From the NCBI GenBank assembly GCA_963204835.1, contig CAUJHJ010000007.1:23762-87761 (forward strand): 64,000 nucleotides of DNA. Direction: 5' to 3'. Within the stretch, counting starts at the first letter, position 1. Every line of letters begins with the position of its first letter. Both the position numbers and the translations under genes were made by a program. This document shows, in pieces, positions 8,601 through 17,030 of this stretch. The notes beneath the pieces were generated by a model. That model was not told where the DNA came from and did no database searches. It was given only the letters and a program-made list of their open reading frames with translations. Source of the stretch: Pseudomonadota bacterium. GTDB taxonomy: Bacteria > Pseudomonadota > Gammaproteobacteria > Steroidobacterales > Steroidobacteraceae.

Positions 8601-11078
8601 CTCCGCCTCGAGGAAGGCGCGCACCGTCGCGATATGCGCGGCGGTCTCGCGGCTGAAAATCTCGCGCAGCGCGGGGTCGGCCTCCGGCGCACTGGCGGCC
8701 GGTGGCGGCTCGGGCCGGGCGGCATCCGTCGCGACCATCGTGGTGCCCGCGAGGCGGGTCGCCGCGGTCGTTTCGCCGCTCTCGGCGCCTGTGCCCGTGC
8801 CCGGCTCCTGGCGTGCCGCGAGCGCATGGGCACGCGCGATGATCGGCGTGGTGTCGATCTCGCAGGCCGTACCGCCTTCGAGCGCCGCCAGCAGCTGCGG
8901 CAGGGCCTGCACGCCATCGCGCAGCGTCGCGAGGATCTCCGGCGTGCGCGTCAGCGTCTTGTCGGTCAGGCGATTGAGCAGGTTCTCGATCGACCAGGAG
9001 AACTCCGCCATCTCGCGCGCGCCGACCATGCGGCCGCTGCCCTTCAGGGTGTGGAACGAACGGCGCACCGTGGCGAGCGCCGCGTCCTCGAGCGGGTTGT
9101 CGTCCCAGCGCGGGAACTCGCGGCCAATCTTCGCGATCTCCTCGCCCGCCTCCTCGATGAAGAGGCTGACGAGCTCGGGATCCGCGAGCGCTGCCGGCGG
9201 CGGTCCCGCGGGCACCGGGGCAAGGGTCGGCGGGCTGCCCGCCCGCGCATCGGTTGCGGCGAGGTCGATGGCGGCATCGGCGCCGTGCACGATGCGGTGG
9301 GCGCCGCTCGCCGAGGTCGGCGGGGCGATGCGCAGCGTGCGCGCGAATGTCGTTTCGGACAGCGGCGGCACGGTAGGCACCGCGGGCTCGGGCTCGGCCG
9401 CGAGCGCATCGAGGCAGGCCTGCGCATTGTCGAGCATGTAGAAGGGTTCGCTGCGCCGTGCCTGCAGCGTTTCCATGTAGTACTCGACGCTCACGATCGC
9501 GTCGGCGAGCCGGTCGAGGAGGTGCGCGGGCAACCCGGGCTGGCCGGGGCGCATCACGCGCTTCAGGTGCACGCTGATGCCGTCCACGACCTCGACCGCG
9601 CGGGTGCGGCCGAGCATCACGAGGCCGGACTTGATGCCGCGCATCAGCTCGCCCCAGCTGTCGAGCGCCGCGGTGTCGAGCGTGCCGCCGACGCTCTGCG
9701 CGACCGCTTCCTTGACGCGCGCGAGGTTGAGCATGCACTCGCGCAGGACCGCCGCCTGCACGAGGTGGAAATCGCCGTCGTCGCCAGGCGCTTCCGCGGC
9801 GGCCTTCGCCTTCGGCACGATCATGCCGACCAGCTGGTCGTCGAGGTGGTCCTCGATGCCGATCAGGGTCGAGGCGATCCCGATCAGCGTGGCGTCGTCG
9901 ACCTGCGCGGCGCCCGAAACGATCGCCTCGAGGCGGCCGATCTCGGCCTGCACGCGCGTGCGCAGTTCGCCGAGGCCCAGCACGCCGAGCGTATCGCCGA
10001 TCTTGCGCAGCAGCTCGACCTGCGGCCCGAGCTCGGCCGCCTGCCCGCCGCCGCGGCGCACGAAGATATCGAGCACGTCCTTGACCTTGGCGAGGTCCTC
10101 GCGGATCGCCGCGGCCACGGTGCGCATGAGCTTCACGCTCGGTGCTGACAGGCTCTCGCGTTCCTGCTCGACCGCCTCGTCGACGGGCAGCAGGTCGCCG
10201 AGGCGGAACGACGCGCGCACCGCCGACACCTTCGGTCCCGAGGATTCGGCGCGCGCGATGTAATAGAGGAGGTTGTTGAGCAGCTCGACCGGCGGGCCCT
10301 GGCAGTAACGCGCCTCGCCTTCCTCATAGAGGCGCTTGACCTCGCGGTCGGCGAGGCCCAGCAGGCGCTTGATCGACACCCCGCCCTCGAGCCCGCGCTC
10401 GCGCAGCGCTTCGATCAGTGCGCCGGTGACCCACCAGAGCTGGAACACGGGCTGGCGCGTCGCGACCTGCTCGATCTTGTGGGCGACCGCCGCCAGGATC
10501 TCGAGGTTCTGGTCGATGCGTTCGCCGCGGATCCAGCCAATGAGCCCGACCTGGAAGCGCGCGCGCAGGCGGCGCGCCCACTGTTCGATCGTGAGCGGCT
10601 GCTCTCCCGGCGTCGGCGCCACCGGGGTGGCCTGCCGGTCGGACTTGAGGTTCAGCAGCAGCAACGTGCCTTCCGACAGCAGCGGGCTGCCGCGCACGGC
10701 CCGCAGGTCGTTCAGCAGCGGCAGCAGCACGAGCGCGAGGTCGCGCCCGCCGGCGATTACGCGCTCGAGGTAGCCCGGCAGCTGCACCATCGAGCGCAGC
10801 AGCGCATCGAGCGCCTCCGCCTGATTCTTGCGCTCCGCGGAGGTCGCGACGAGGTAGCGCGTGACCTGCTCCATCTCCTCGGCGAGGAGGGCCGCGCCGT
10901 AGATCTCGAGCACGCGCAGCACGCCCTGCACCTGGTGCAGGTCGGCGGCGACCCGCTCGAGCAGCGCGATGTTGTCCGGCTGCTCGACGAAGGCCTCGAC
11001 CGCATTGCGCGCCTCGGCGAGCGTCGCGGCGATCTCGCGACCGACGAGTTCGAGGGTCTGGGTGGCGACGTCCGACAT
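5685..11078 (-). CDS. chpA: Pil-Chp hybrid histidine kinase with multiple Hpt-like domains, CheA core, CheW domain and C-terminal receiver (1797 aa)
   Basis: Hpt motifs LHQVQG, FHTLKGSGRMVGA, CHTLSGSSKAA and LHTLKGGARMAG. HATPase motifs (HILRNAVAHGIE, DDGAGM, GRGVGMDVV). CheW-like segment. Receiver domain LVVDDS...ILLDIEMPRMDG...GKP. Confidence 0.92.
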   Translation of the reverse strand: MSDVATQTLELVGREIAATLAEARNAVEAFVEQPDNIALLERVAADLHQVQGVLRVLEIYGAALLAEEMEQVTRYLVATSAERKNQAEALDALLRSMVQLPGYLERVIAGGRDLALVLLPLLNDLRAVRGSPLLSEGTLLLLNLKSDRQATPVAPTPGEQPLTIEQWARRLRARFQVGLIGWIRGERIDQNLEILAAVAHKIEQVATRQPVFQLWWVTGALIEALRERGLEGGVSIKRLLGLADREVKRLYEEGEARYCQGPPVELLNNLLYYIARAESSGPKVSAVRASFRLGDLLPVDEAVEQERESLSAPSVKLMRTVAAAIREDLAKVKDVLDIFVRRGGGQAAELGPQVELLRKIGDTLGVLGLGELRTRVQAEIGRLEAIVSGAAQVDDATLIGIASTLIGIEDHLDDQLVGMIVPKAKAAAEAPGDDGDFHLVQAAVLRECMLNLARVKEAVAQSVGGTLDTAALDSWGELMRGIKSGLVMLGRTRAVEVVDGISVHLKRVMRPGQPGLPAHLLDRLADAIVSVEYYMETLQARRSEPFYMLDNAQACLDALAAEPEPAVPTVPPLSETTFARTLRIAPPTSASGAHRIVHGADAAIDLAATDARAGSPPTLAPVPAGPPPAALADPELVSLFIEEAGEEIAKIGREFPRWDDNPLEDAALATVRRSFHTLKGSGRMVGAREMAEFSWSIENLLNRLTDKTLTRTPEILATLRDGVQALPQLLAALEGGTACEIDTTPIIARAHALAARQEPGTGTGAESGETTAATRLAGTTMVATDAARPEPPPAASAPEADPALREIFSRETAAHIATVRAFLEAERERAAPHVIPEEVYRACHTLSGSSKAAVARHGIRLAGPLDHWMRKSFDSGVGLASQDLALVADCMQAMEGVVGHLDEATGFFQTHDLLRARIARAEAELDHRIAEAVAAAEAEQAASLPPQPAPVPPVAPASGISADYDPEIAGIFAEEAGELIEAAERALSAWGADRGNGAHLDALKRPLHTLKGGARMAGVLAMGDLAHELETLVNQIGLGALAADDPVLAVLVASLDEIAHMRDAIVGNRAVPPATALIERIHALDPARAPAPAIVPGPLAAQVAVQVEEIEISLPVPEPAAAGLVAAEPIDAPVPVAMPAAAPVPAPAPPPVFGPAQDAARAVDAPAPPAPVPPGRDPSVHGERQELARVDADLLDQLLNYSGEVSIGRARLEQQIASIDFNLAELSRTVTRLKEQLRKLEIETESQILHTHEDEAGHRAEFDPLELDRYSTIQQYSRGLAETASDVASIQQLLETLTQDTQNLLQQQARTITELQNGLMRTRMVPFQRHVQRLARIVRQAASDTRKRAELLVEGAAGELDRQVLERMLPPFEHILRNAVAHGIEPPAEREARGKPATGRITLALRREGAEVIVQLSDDGAGMNLKAIRDKGQALGLIRPGQLLADDDVMQLVLEPGFSTAGKVTQHSGRGVGMDVVADSVKKLGGALHMETKEGEGTSFTIRLPFTLAISHALVVRTGDEFYALPLPTVEGVVRLTKDEVGAHVGPDAPPFEHNGQRFRFQHLAAYVGLEPSPLPEQDVTIPVILVRAGEHSTGLVADELIGSREIVVKSVGPQIAAIRGISGATILGDGRIVVILDINALVRAEWRGRGEAVVPRDRTDKRTLALVVDDSITVRRVTQRLLERNGMRVLTARDGVDAIEVLQEHQPDVILLDIEMPRMDGYEVAAHVRNDERLKDIPIIMITSRVGDKHRARAIEIGVDDYLGKPYQESQLLEAIEPLVSRRREPAAASGAGGRH

Positions 11079-11081
11079 CGG

Positions 11082-13145
11082 TTAGCTCGCCTTGACCTTG
11101 CGCGCGAGCTCCGCGGGCACTTCCGGGCGCTTCAGGCCGCGCATCGTGAGGCCCGGATCGGGCGCACCGGGCAGGCGGAATCCCGCCGCAGCCTTGCGCA
11201 TGCCGGCGGACAGCTCCGCGAGCTTGGCGATGGCGACCGAATTGGCGCTGGTCGACTCGGCGGTCTGCGCGCTGATCTCCCGCAGCACCTGCAGGTTTCG
11301 GGCGATGCTGAGCGCCGAGGTCGCCTGCTGGCGCGAACTGCCTGAGATGTTCTGCACGAGGCTCGCGATCTGGTTCGACACCTGCTCGATCTCCTCGAGC
11401 GCTGCCCCGGCGTTCTCCGCCAGCAAGGCGCCGCCCACCACGTCGGTGGTGCTGCGCTCCATCGAGACAACGGCTTCGTTGGTGTCGGTCTGGATGGTGC
11501 GCACGAGCACTTCGATCTGCTTGGTCGAGAGCGCGGCGCGCTCGGCGAGGCGCTGTACCTCGTCGGCGACCACCGCGAAGCCCCGGCCCGCGTCGCCGGC
11601 CATCGAGGCCTGGATCGAGGCGTTCAGCGCGAGAATGTTGGTCTGCTCGGCGATATCGTTGATCAGCTCGACGATGTTGCCGATCTCCTGCGAGCTCTCG
11701 CCGAGGCGCTTGATGCGCTTGCTCGTTTCCTGGATCGTCTCGCGGATCGTGTTCATGCCGTCGATCGTGCGACGCACCGCATCGCCACCCTTGTGGGCGA
11801 CATCGACCGAGTGGCGCGCGACATCCGACGCGCGCTCGGCATTACCCGAGATCTCCTCGGTATTGGCCGCCATGGCGCCCGCGGATTCCGAAGCGGAAGC
11901 GATCTGCTTCGACTGCGCGGTGCTCGCCTTGGCGAGGTGCTGCGACAGCGCCTGTGTCTGGCGGGTGGCGCCGTCGAGCTGGATCGAGGACTGGTTGATC
12001 GTCGTCACGAGGCCGCGCAGGGCCTCGATCGCGTAGTTTATCGAGTCGGCGATTGCGCCGGTGATGTCCTCGGTGACGGTGGCCTGCACGGTGAGGTCGC
12101 CGTCGGCGAGGCTCGACAATTCGTCGAGCAGGCGCAGGATCGCCTGCTGGTTGCGGTCGTTGTCGCGCGCCTGGGTGTCGGCGAGCAGGCTCTGGCGCTC
12201 GACGCCGCGGCGCAGGGCCCCGAGTTGCAGCAGCAGCCAGGCGAGCGGCAGCAGCGCCGCGACGCCCAGGGCGATCGGCAGCCAGCCGAGCCAGCCTGCC
12301 CCGCCACCGGCACCACTGAGAGCGGCAGCGCCGAGTGCGCGCGCCCCGCTCGTGGCACGCTCCGCGGCCTGCTTGCCGGTGGCGAGCGCCGTGGCCGCAC
12401 CGACCACCCGCGTGACGGCGCCCGAGAGCGCATCGAACTCTTCCACGAGCGCGCGGGCGCGCCGCTCCGCCTCGGCGCCCGAGGCGCGCGGCAGGCCGAG
12501 CGCGGCATCCGTCCCCGCAAGCCCCCGGACGACCTTGCCGACGTAATCGGTGTTCTCGGCGAGGCGCCTGGCGATGGCGGCCGGATCGTCGCTCGCCGCG
12601 GCCAACCGGCCCACATCGAGCTCGATGCGGGCGAGCGCGGTGGCAAAAAGATCGAAGGGCCGGCCGATCACCGCGCTCGTGGCGGCGCCCGGGACGGCGG
12701 ACTGCATGCGCGCGACTTCGTCGGCCATCACCGCGGCGGTATCGCGCACGGTACGCGCGGCCGTGGCGGCCCCCGCGAGCGCGACCGCCGAATCCGAAAG
12801 CGCGGCGGCGTCCGCCTGCAGGCCCGCCCAGCGCTTGTCGCGCACCCACGCCGCATCCGGTGCGCGCCGGGCGATCCCGGCCAGCGCGGCGGCATTGTCG
12901 GCAACACCCCGCAGTGCGGCCGCGTCACCGCGCGCCGCGGCCGTGGCGTCGAGCGAGAGGCCCTGCAGGGCTTTCGCCGCCGCAGCACCGTCCGCCGTCA
13001 TGCCGCCGCGCCCGAGCAGTGCATACGCGGCCACCGCTGCCAGCGCGAGCGCGGCCGATGCCACTGCGTAGGTGCCGAGCCGACGGGCGGCACGGGACAG
13101 CGACTGGTTGTCTTGGGTTGTCATCGTCTTGTCAGGCTGCCGCAT
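11082..13145 (-). CDS. pilJ: methyl-accepting chemotaxis protein of the Pil-Chp system
   Basis: N-terminal TM segment, long periplasmic region and second TM segment. MA signalling hairpin EQTNILALNASIQASMAGDAGRGFAVVADEVQRLAERA. An alternative ATG at 13124 would avoid the overlap with pilI. Confidence 0.9.
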   Translation of the reverse strand: MRQPDKTMTTQDNQSLSRAARRLGTYAVASAALALAAVAAYALLGRGGMTADGAAAAKALQGLSLDATAAARGDAAALRGVADNAAALAGIARRAPDAAWVRDKRWAGLQADAAALSDSAVALAGAATAARTVRDTAAVMADEVARMQSAVPGAATSAVIGRPFDLFATALARIELDVGRLAAASDDPAAIARRLAENTDYVGKVVRGLAGTDAALGLPRASGAEAERRARALVEEFDALSGAVTRVVGAATALATGKQAAERATSGARALGAAALSGAGGGAGWLGWLPIALGVAALLPLAWLLLQLGALRRGVERQSLLADTQARDNDRNQQAILRLLDELSSLADGDLTVQATVTEDITGAIADSINYAIEALRGLVTTINQSSIQLDGATRQTQALSQHLAKASTAQSKQIASASESAGAMAANTEEISGNAERASDVARHSVDVAHKGGDAVRRTIDGMNTIRETIQETSKRIKRLGESSQEIGNIVELINDIAEQTNILALNASIQASMAGDAGRGFAVVADEVQRLAERAALSTKQIEVLVRTIQTDTNEAVVSMERSTTDVVGGALLAENAGAALEEIEQVSNQIASLVQNISGSSRQQATSALSIARNLQVLREISAQTAESTSANSVAIAKLAELSAGMRKAAAGFRLPGAPDPGLTMRGLKRPEVPAELARKVKAS

Positions 13146-13695
13146 CCAGGAACGCCGGGCTCTCGATCAGCGTACGCAGGCTGAGCACGGGCCACTGCTC
13201 CTGGCTACGCCGGAAATTGCCGGCGAGGTAACGTTCGCACCGCACCACCGTGGGCGGCACGTCCCCGGAAAACTCCGCTTCCGCGAACCGCCTGAAGCCG
13301 AGCACCTCATCGACCAGCAGGCCCGCGGGAATCTCGCGGTGGTGCGCGACGACGATGCGCGCATTGCGCGTCACCGGCGTCTGGCCGCTACCGAGGAACT
13401 GACGCAGGTCGAGCACCGGCAGCAGCTGGCCACGGACGTTCGCGAGCCCCTTGACCCAGCCCTTCGCGCCCGGCACCCGCGTCAGCGCACCGGGCACGCC
13501 GAGCACCTCGCGCGTCTCGTCGCGCGCGACGAGGAACAGTTCGCCCGCCATGCGCAGCGCGACCCCGACCCATTCGCGGCCGGCCGATCCCTCCTGCGCC
13601 ACCTGCGCCGAGACGGCGCGCCCGCGCCGCTCGAGCTCCGAGAGCAGCTCGTAGGGCCGGTCGCGCAGGCTCCTGAGTGAGACTGCGTCGGTCAT
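13132..13695 (-). CDS. pilI: CheW-like coupling protein
   Basis: CheW-domain pattern (LFLVARDETREVL...VRGQLLPVLDLRQFLG). ATG at 13695 lies 1 nt after the pilH stop. The track ORF starts at an upstream TTG (13707). Confidence 0.85.
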   Translation of the reverse strand: MTDAVSLRSLRDRPYELLSELERRGRAVSAQVAQEGSAGREWVGVALRMAGELFLVARDETREVLGVPGALTRVPGAKGWVKGLANVRGQLLPVLDLRQFLGSGQTPVTRNARIVVAHHREIPAGLLVDEVLGFRRFAEAEFSGDVPPTVVRCERYLAGNFRRSQEQWPVLSLRTLIESPAFLDAAA

Positions 13696-13696
13696 G

Positions 13697-14071
13697 TCAG
13701 GCGGCAAGCGTCGCCTGCGCCTTCGCGACGAGCTGGTCGGGCGACACGGGCTTGACCATGTAGTCGATGGCGCCCTGGCGCAGCCCCCAGATCTTGTCGG
13801 TCTCCTGGCCCTTGGAGGTGACCATCACGATCGGGATCGCGCGCGTGTGCGGGTCGTTCGACAGCGCGCGGGTGGCCTGGTAGCCGTTCATGTTCGGCAT
13901 GACGATGTCCATGAAGATGAGATCGGGCCGGATCTCCCTCGCCATGCGCACGCCCTCGGCGCCGTCAGTGGCGGTCGCCGTCTTGTAGCCGTGCCGCTCG
14001 AGCGCCTTCTGGAAGACGTGCACTTCGGTCGGCGAATCGTCCACGATGAGTATCAGCGCCATCGCCTTCAT
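13697..14071 (-). CDS. pilH: CheY-like single-domain response regulator
   Basis: ILIVDDSPTE...LIFMDIVMPNMNGY...VTSKG...YMVKP. The ATG at 14071 forms an ATGA overlap with the pilG stop. Confidence 0.9.
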   Translation of the reverse strand: MKAMALILIVDDSPTEVHVFQKALERHGYKTATATDGAEGVRMAREIRPDLIFMDIVMPNMNGYQATRALSNDPHTRAIPIVMVTSKGQETDKIWGLRQGAIDYMVKPVSPDQLVAKAQATLAA

Positions 14072-14460
14072 CTCCCGACATGCGACTCGATTGCGGCCAG
14101 CAACTCGTCCTTGGTGAAGGGCTTGGTGAGGTAGTGCTCGGAGCCGACGATGCGGCCGCGGGCGCGGTCGAACAGCCCGTCCTTCGAGGACAGCATGATC
14201 ACGGGGATCGACTTGTAGACCTTGTTGTGCTTGATCAGCGAGCAGGTCTGGTAGCCGTCGAGCCGCGGCATCATGATGTCGACGAACACGATGTCGGGCT
14301 GGTGGTCGGCGATCTTCGCGAGCGCGTCGAAGCCGTCGATGGCGGTGAAGACCTCGCAACCTTCCTTCGTCAGCAGCGTTTCGGCCGTGCGACGGATGGT
14401 CTTGCTGTCATCGATGACGAGGACCTTCAGGCCCTCGAGCTTCGAACTGGCGCCATTCAC
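14068..14460 (-). CDS. pilG: CheY-like response regulator PilG
   Basis: LKVLVIDDSKTIRRTAETLLTKEGCEVFTAIDGFDALAKIADHQPDIVFVDIMMPRLDGYQTC...MLSSKDGLFD...YLTKPF is almost collinear with P. aeruginosa PilG as I recall it. Start set at the GTG at 14460, preceded by GGGAG. The track start at 14559 would leave only 35 nt to gshB. Confidence 0.85.
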   Translation of the reverse strand: MNGASSKLEGLKVLVIDDSKTIRRTAETLLTKEGCEVFTAIDGFDALAKIADHQPDIVFVDIMMPRLDGYQTCSLIKHNKVYKSIPVIMLSSKDGLFDRARGRIVGSEHYLTKPFTKDELLAAIESHVGR

Positions 14461-14594
14461 TTGAGCACTACTCCCGGCGCATTTTCGCGCAGAATCGACA
14501 AGCAAGCTGCTGCGCGTTTTAACATATCGGTATACCCCCCGCCATGCCGGTCGCGTCACGTTTTTGGCATGCGGCGGGCGACAAGGAGCCCCGG

Positions 14595-15548
14595 ATGACA
14601 GTGGAGCGAAACCTCGCCGTGGTGATGGATCCCATCGCCGGCATCAAGTACGCCAAGGACTCGACCCTGGCCATGCTGCTGGCCGCCGCCCGCCGCGGCT
14701 GGCGGCTGTGGTACCTCGAGCTGGCGGACCTCACGCTGCGCGACGGCGTCGCCCGGGGAAGCGCCAGGGCGCTCACGGTGCGGGCGGATCCCGTGAACTG
14801 GTTCACGCTCGGCGAGGCCCGCGAGCTCGCTCTCGGCGAACTCGACTGCATCCTCATGCGAAAGGACCCTCCTTTCGACACCGAATACATCTACACCTCA
14901 TACATCCTCGAGCGGGCGGAGGCCGCCGGCGCGCTGGTCGTCAACCGGCCCCGGGGCCTGCGCGACATGAATGAGAAGGTGTACACGGCGTGGTTCCCCC
15001 AATGCTGTGCGCCAACGCTCATTACGCGCGACATGGCCCGCATGGGCGCCTTCCTCGCCGAGCATGGCAGGATCGTGGCGAAGCCGCTCCACGGCATGGG
15101 CGGGCGCTCGATCTTCGTGGTCGAGGCGGGCGACAAGAACGCGAACGTGATCTTCGAGACGCTCTCCGATTACGGCAGCCGCTTCGGCATCGTGCAGAAG
15201 TACCTGCCCGAGATCGTCGAGACGGGCGACTCGCGCATCCTGCTCGTCGACGGCGAGCCGATCCCGTACGCACTCGCGCGCATCCCCGACGCGAGCGACC
15301 ACCGCGGCAACCTGGCGGCCGGCGCGAAGGGAGTGGGCCGCCCGCTCAACGACCGCGACCGCTGGCTCGCGGCCGAGATCGGCCCGAAGCTCGCCGCCGA
15401 GGGCATGCTGTTCGTCGGCCTCGACGTGATCGGCGGCTTCGTCACCGAAATCAACGTGACGAGCCCGACCGGCATCCGCGAACTCGACAAGCAATTCGGC
15501 CTCGACATTGGCGCAGTTCTCATGGAAGCGATCGAGCGGCGCCTATAA
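14595..15548 (+). CDS. gshB: glutathione synthetase
   Basis: VVMDPIAGIKYAKDST...ILMRKDPPFDTEYIYTSYILE...KPLHGMGGRSIF...EINVTSPTGIRE matches E. coli GshB from end to end. AAGGAG lies upstream of the ATG at 14595. Confidence 0.93.
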   Translation: MTVERNLAVVMDPIAGIKYAKDSTLAMLLAAARRGWRLWYLELADLTLRDGVARGSARALTVRADPVNWFTLGEARELALGELDCILMRKDPPFDTEYIYTSYILERAEAAGALVVNRPRGLRDMNEKVYTAWFPQCCAPTLITRDMARMGAFLAEHGRIVAKPLHGMGGRSIFVVEAGDKNANVIFETLSDYGSRFGIVQKYLPEIVETGDSRILLVDGEPIPYALARIPDASDHRGNLAAGAKGVGRPLNDRDRWLAAEIGPKLAAEGMLFVGLDVIGGFVTEINVTSPTGIRELDKQFGLDIGAVLMEAIERRL

Positions 15549-15555
15549 TCCGCGC

Positions 15556-16431
15556 GTGGCCAGTGCAGCGCTCACGGTGAAGGAAGGCATCGCCCCGGTC
15601 CGGGACCGGCTGGTGACCACGGCGTTCCTCGCCGCGCTGCTGCATGGCGTCGTGATCCTCGGCATCACCTTCGGCGCGGCGAGCGGCAGCGGCGCGGCCC
15701 CCGGCCTGCAGGTGCTGCTGGTCTCGACCGAAGTACCCGAGGCCGACCGCAACGACGACGCCGCCTACCTCGCGCAGCGCACGCAGCTCGGCTCGGGCTC
15801 GGGAGAGAACGCCCGCACGCCGCGCAGCCAGGCCCGTGCCGGCGGCCCGCCACCGGAACCACCCGAACAGCAGGCCGAGGCCGCGGAGCGCGTCATCGCC
15901 TCGAGCGCGCCGTCGAGCACGATGCGCTACCTGGGATCGGTCGCCGCCCTGCGTCGCGACTCGAGGTCGGCGCCGGCGACCCGCCCGAGCGACGCGCCAA
16001 GCGCCGTGGCCGGCGAGGACCTCGACTCGAGCGATCTCGCGGGCAAGGAACGCGCCGAACTCTGGATCACGCCGGATACGCGCGAGTCGAGCCTCGCGCC
16101 CTACCTCGATGCCTGGCGGCGCAAGGTGGAACGGCTCGGCACCCTGAACTTCCCGGCCGCAGCGCGCCAGGCGCCCGGCACCTCGAGCCCGGTGCTGGAA
16201 GTCGCGATCGGCGCGGACGGCAAGCTCGAGTCGGCGATCGTGCGGCGTACAAGTGGCTCGCCCGCGCTCGATGCGGCAGCGGTCTCCATCCTGAAGCTCG
16301 CGAGCCCTTTCGAGCCGTTTCCGCGCGAGCTCGCGGCGAATTACCGCGTGTTGCGTTTTGCCTACGCGTGGGAATTCGCGGGCGGGCGCGCGGCGCGCGG
16401 AACCGTGACGGCGCCGGCCGATTCTCGCTAG
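15556..16431 (+). CDS. TonB-family energy-transducer-like protein (tonB3-like position)
   Basis: N-terminal TM segment (LVTTAFLAALLHGVVILGITFG), Pro/Ala/Ser-rich spacer and TonB_C-like end (YLDAWRRKVERLG...LEVAIGADGKLESAIVRRTSGSPALDAAAVSILKLASPFEPFP). The start is uncertain (GTG 15556 or ATG 15508). Confidence 0.7.
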   Translation: MASAALTVKEGIAPVRDRLVTTAFLAALLHGVVILGITFGAASGSGAAPGLQVLLVSTEVPEADRNDDAAYLAQRTQLGSGSGENARTPRSQARAGGPPPEPPEQQAEAAERVIASSAPSSTMRYLGSVAALRRDSRSAPATRPSDAPSAVAGEDLDSSDLAGKERAELWITPDTRESSLAPYLDAWRRKVERLGTLNFPAAARQAPGTSSPVLEVAIGADGKLESAIVRRTSGSPALDAAAVSILKLASPFEPFPRELAANYRVLRFAYAWEFAGGRAARGTVTAPADSR

Positions 16432-16463
16432 CGCGATCCGGCGTGAGTGCCCATACTTCCGGC

Positions 16464-17030
16464 ATGGGCTCTGAGTCTTCACTCACGAATCACCTGCTGG
16501 TCGCGATGCCCTCGCTGGCGGACCCGAATTTCGCCCAGACCGTCACCCTGATCTGCGAGCACAGCGTCGAACGGGGCGCGCTCGGCATCGTCGTCAACAA
16601 GCCGTTGCCGATGAAGCTCGCCGACGTGCTCTCGCAGATGAAACTCGACCCGCGCGACGACCGCATCGGCGAGCGCCCCGTGCTGCGCGGCGGCCCGGTG
16701 CACACCGATCGCGGCTTCGTGCTGCACCGGCCGGGCGGCAACTGGGACTCGAGCCACCAGGTCTCGGGGCTCATCCAGGTGACGACCTCGCGCGACGTGC
16801 TGGCGGCCATGGCAAGCGGCGAGGGACCCGAGGACGCCTTCATCGCGCTCGGCTACGCGGGCTGGGAGTCGGGACAGCTCGAGCGGGAAATGCTCGACAA
16901 CGCCTGGCTGTCGATCCCTGCCGACGAAGGCATCGTGTTCGGGCTGCCCTACGAGGAACGCTGGCCCGCGGTCTGGCGCCTGCTCGGGATCGACCTCGGG
17001 AAGATGACTCCCTTTGCCGGGCACGCCTGA
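16464..17030 (+). CDS. yqgE: YqgE/AlgH family protein
   Basis: LTNHLLVAMPSLADPNFAQTVTLICEH...GALGIVVNKP...GGPV...GFVLH...GYAGWESGQLE. Confidence 0.88.
   Translation: MGSESSLTNHLLVAMPSLADPNFAQTVTLICEHSVERGALGIVVNKPLPMKLADVLSQMKLDPRDDRIGERPVLRGGPVHTDRGFVLHRPGGNWDSSHQVSGLIQVTTSRDVLAAMASGEGPEDAFIALGYAGWESGQLEREMLDNAWLSIPADEGIVFGLPYEERWPAVWRLLGIDLGKMTPFAGHA

Noticed and set aside
5373-10148. Long plus-strand ORFs (5373-7202, 609 aa; 7773-10148, 791 aa; and others) opposite chpA.
   Set aside because: They are antisense to a gene with unmistakable CheA/Hpt/receiver motifs. Their translations are Arg/Ala/Gly/Asp-rich low-complexity with no motifs. This is the typical open antisense frame of high-GC coding DNA.
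14539-14580. Imperfect inverted repeat (CCGCCATGCC...GGCATGCGGCGG) in the pilG-gshB intergenic region.
   Set aside because: The stem has bulges and a 17-nt loop, and no associated T-tract or recognisable operator consensus. It is too weak to call.
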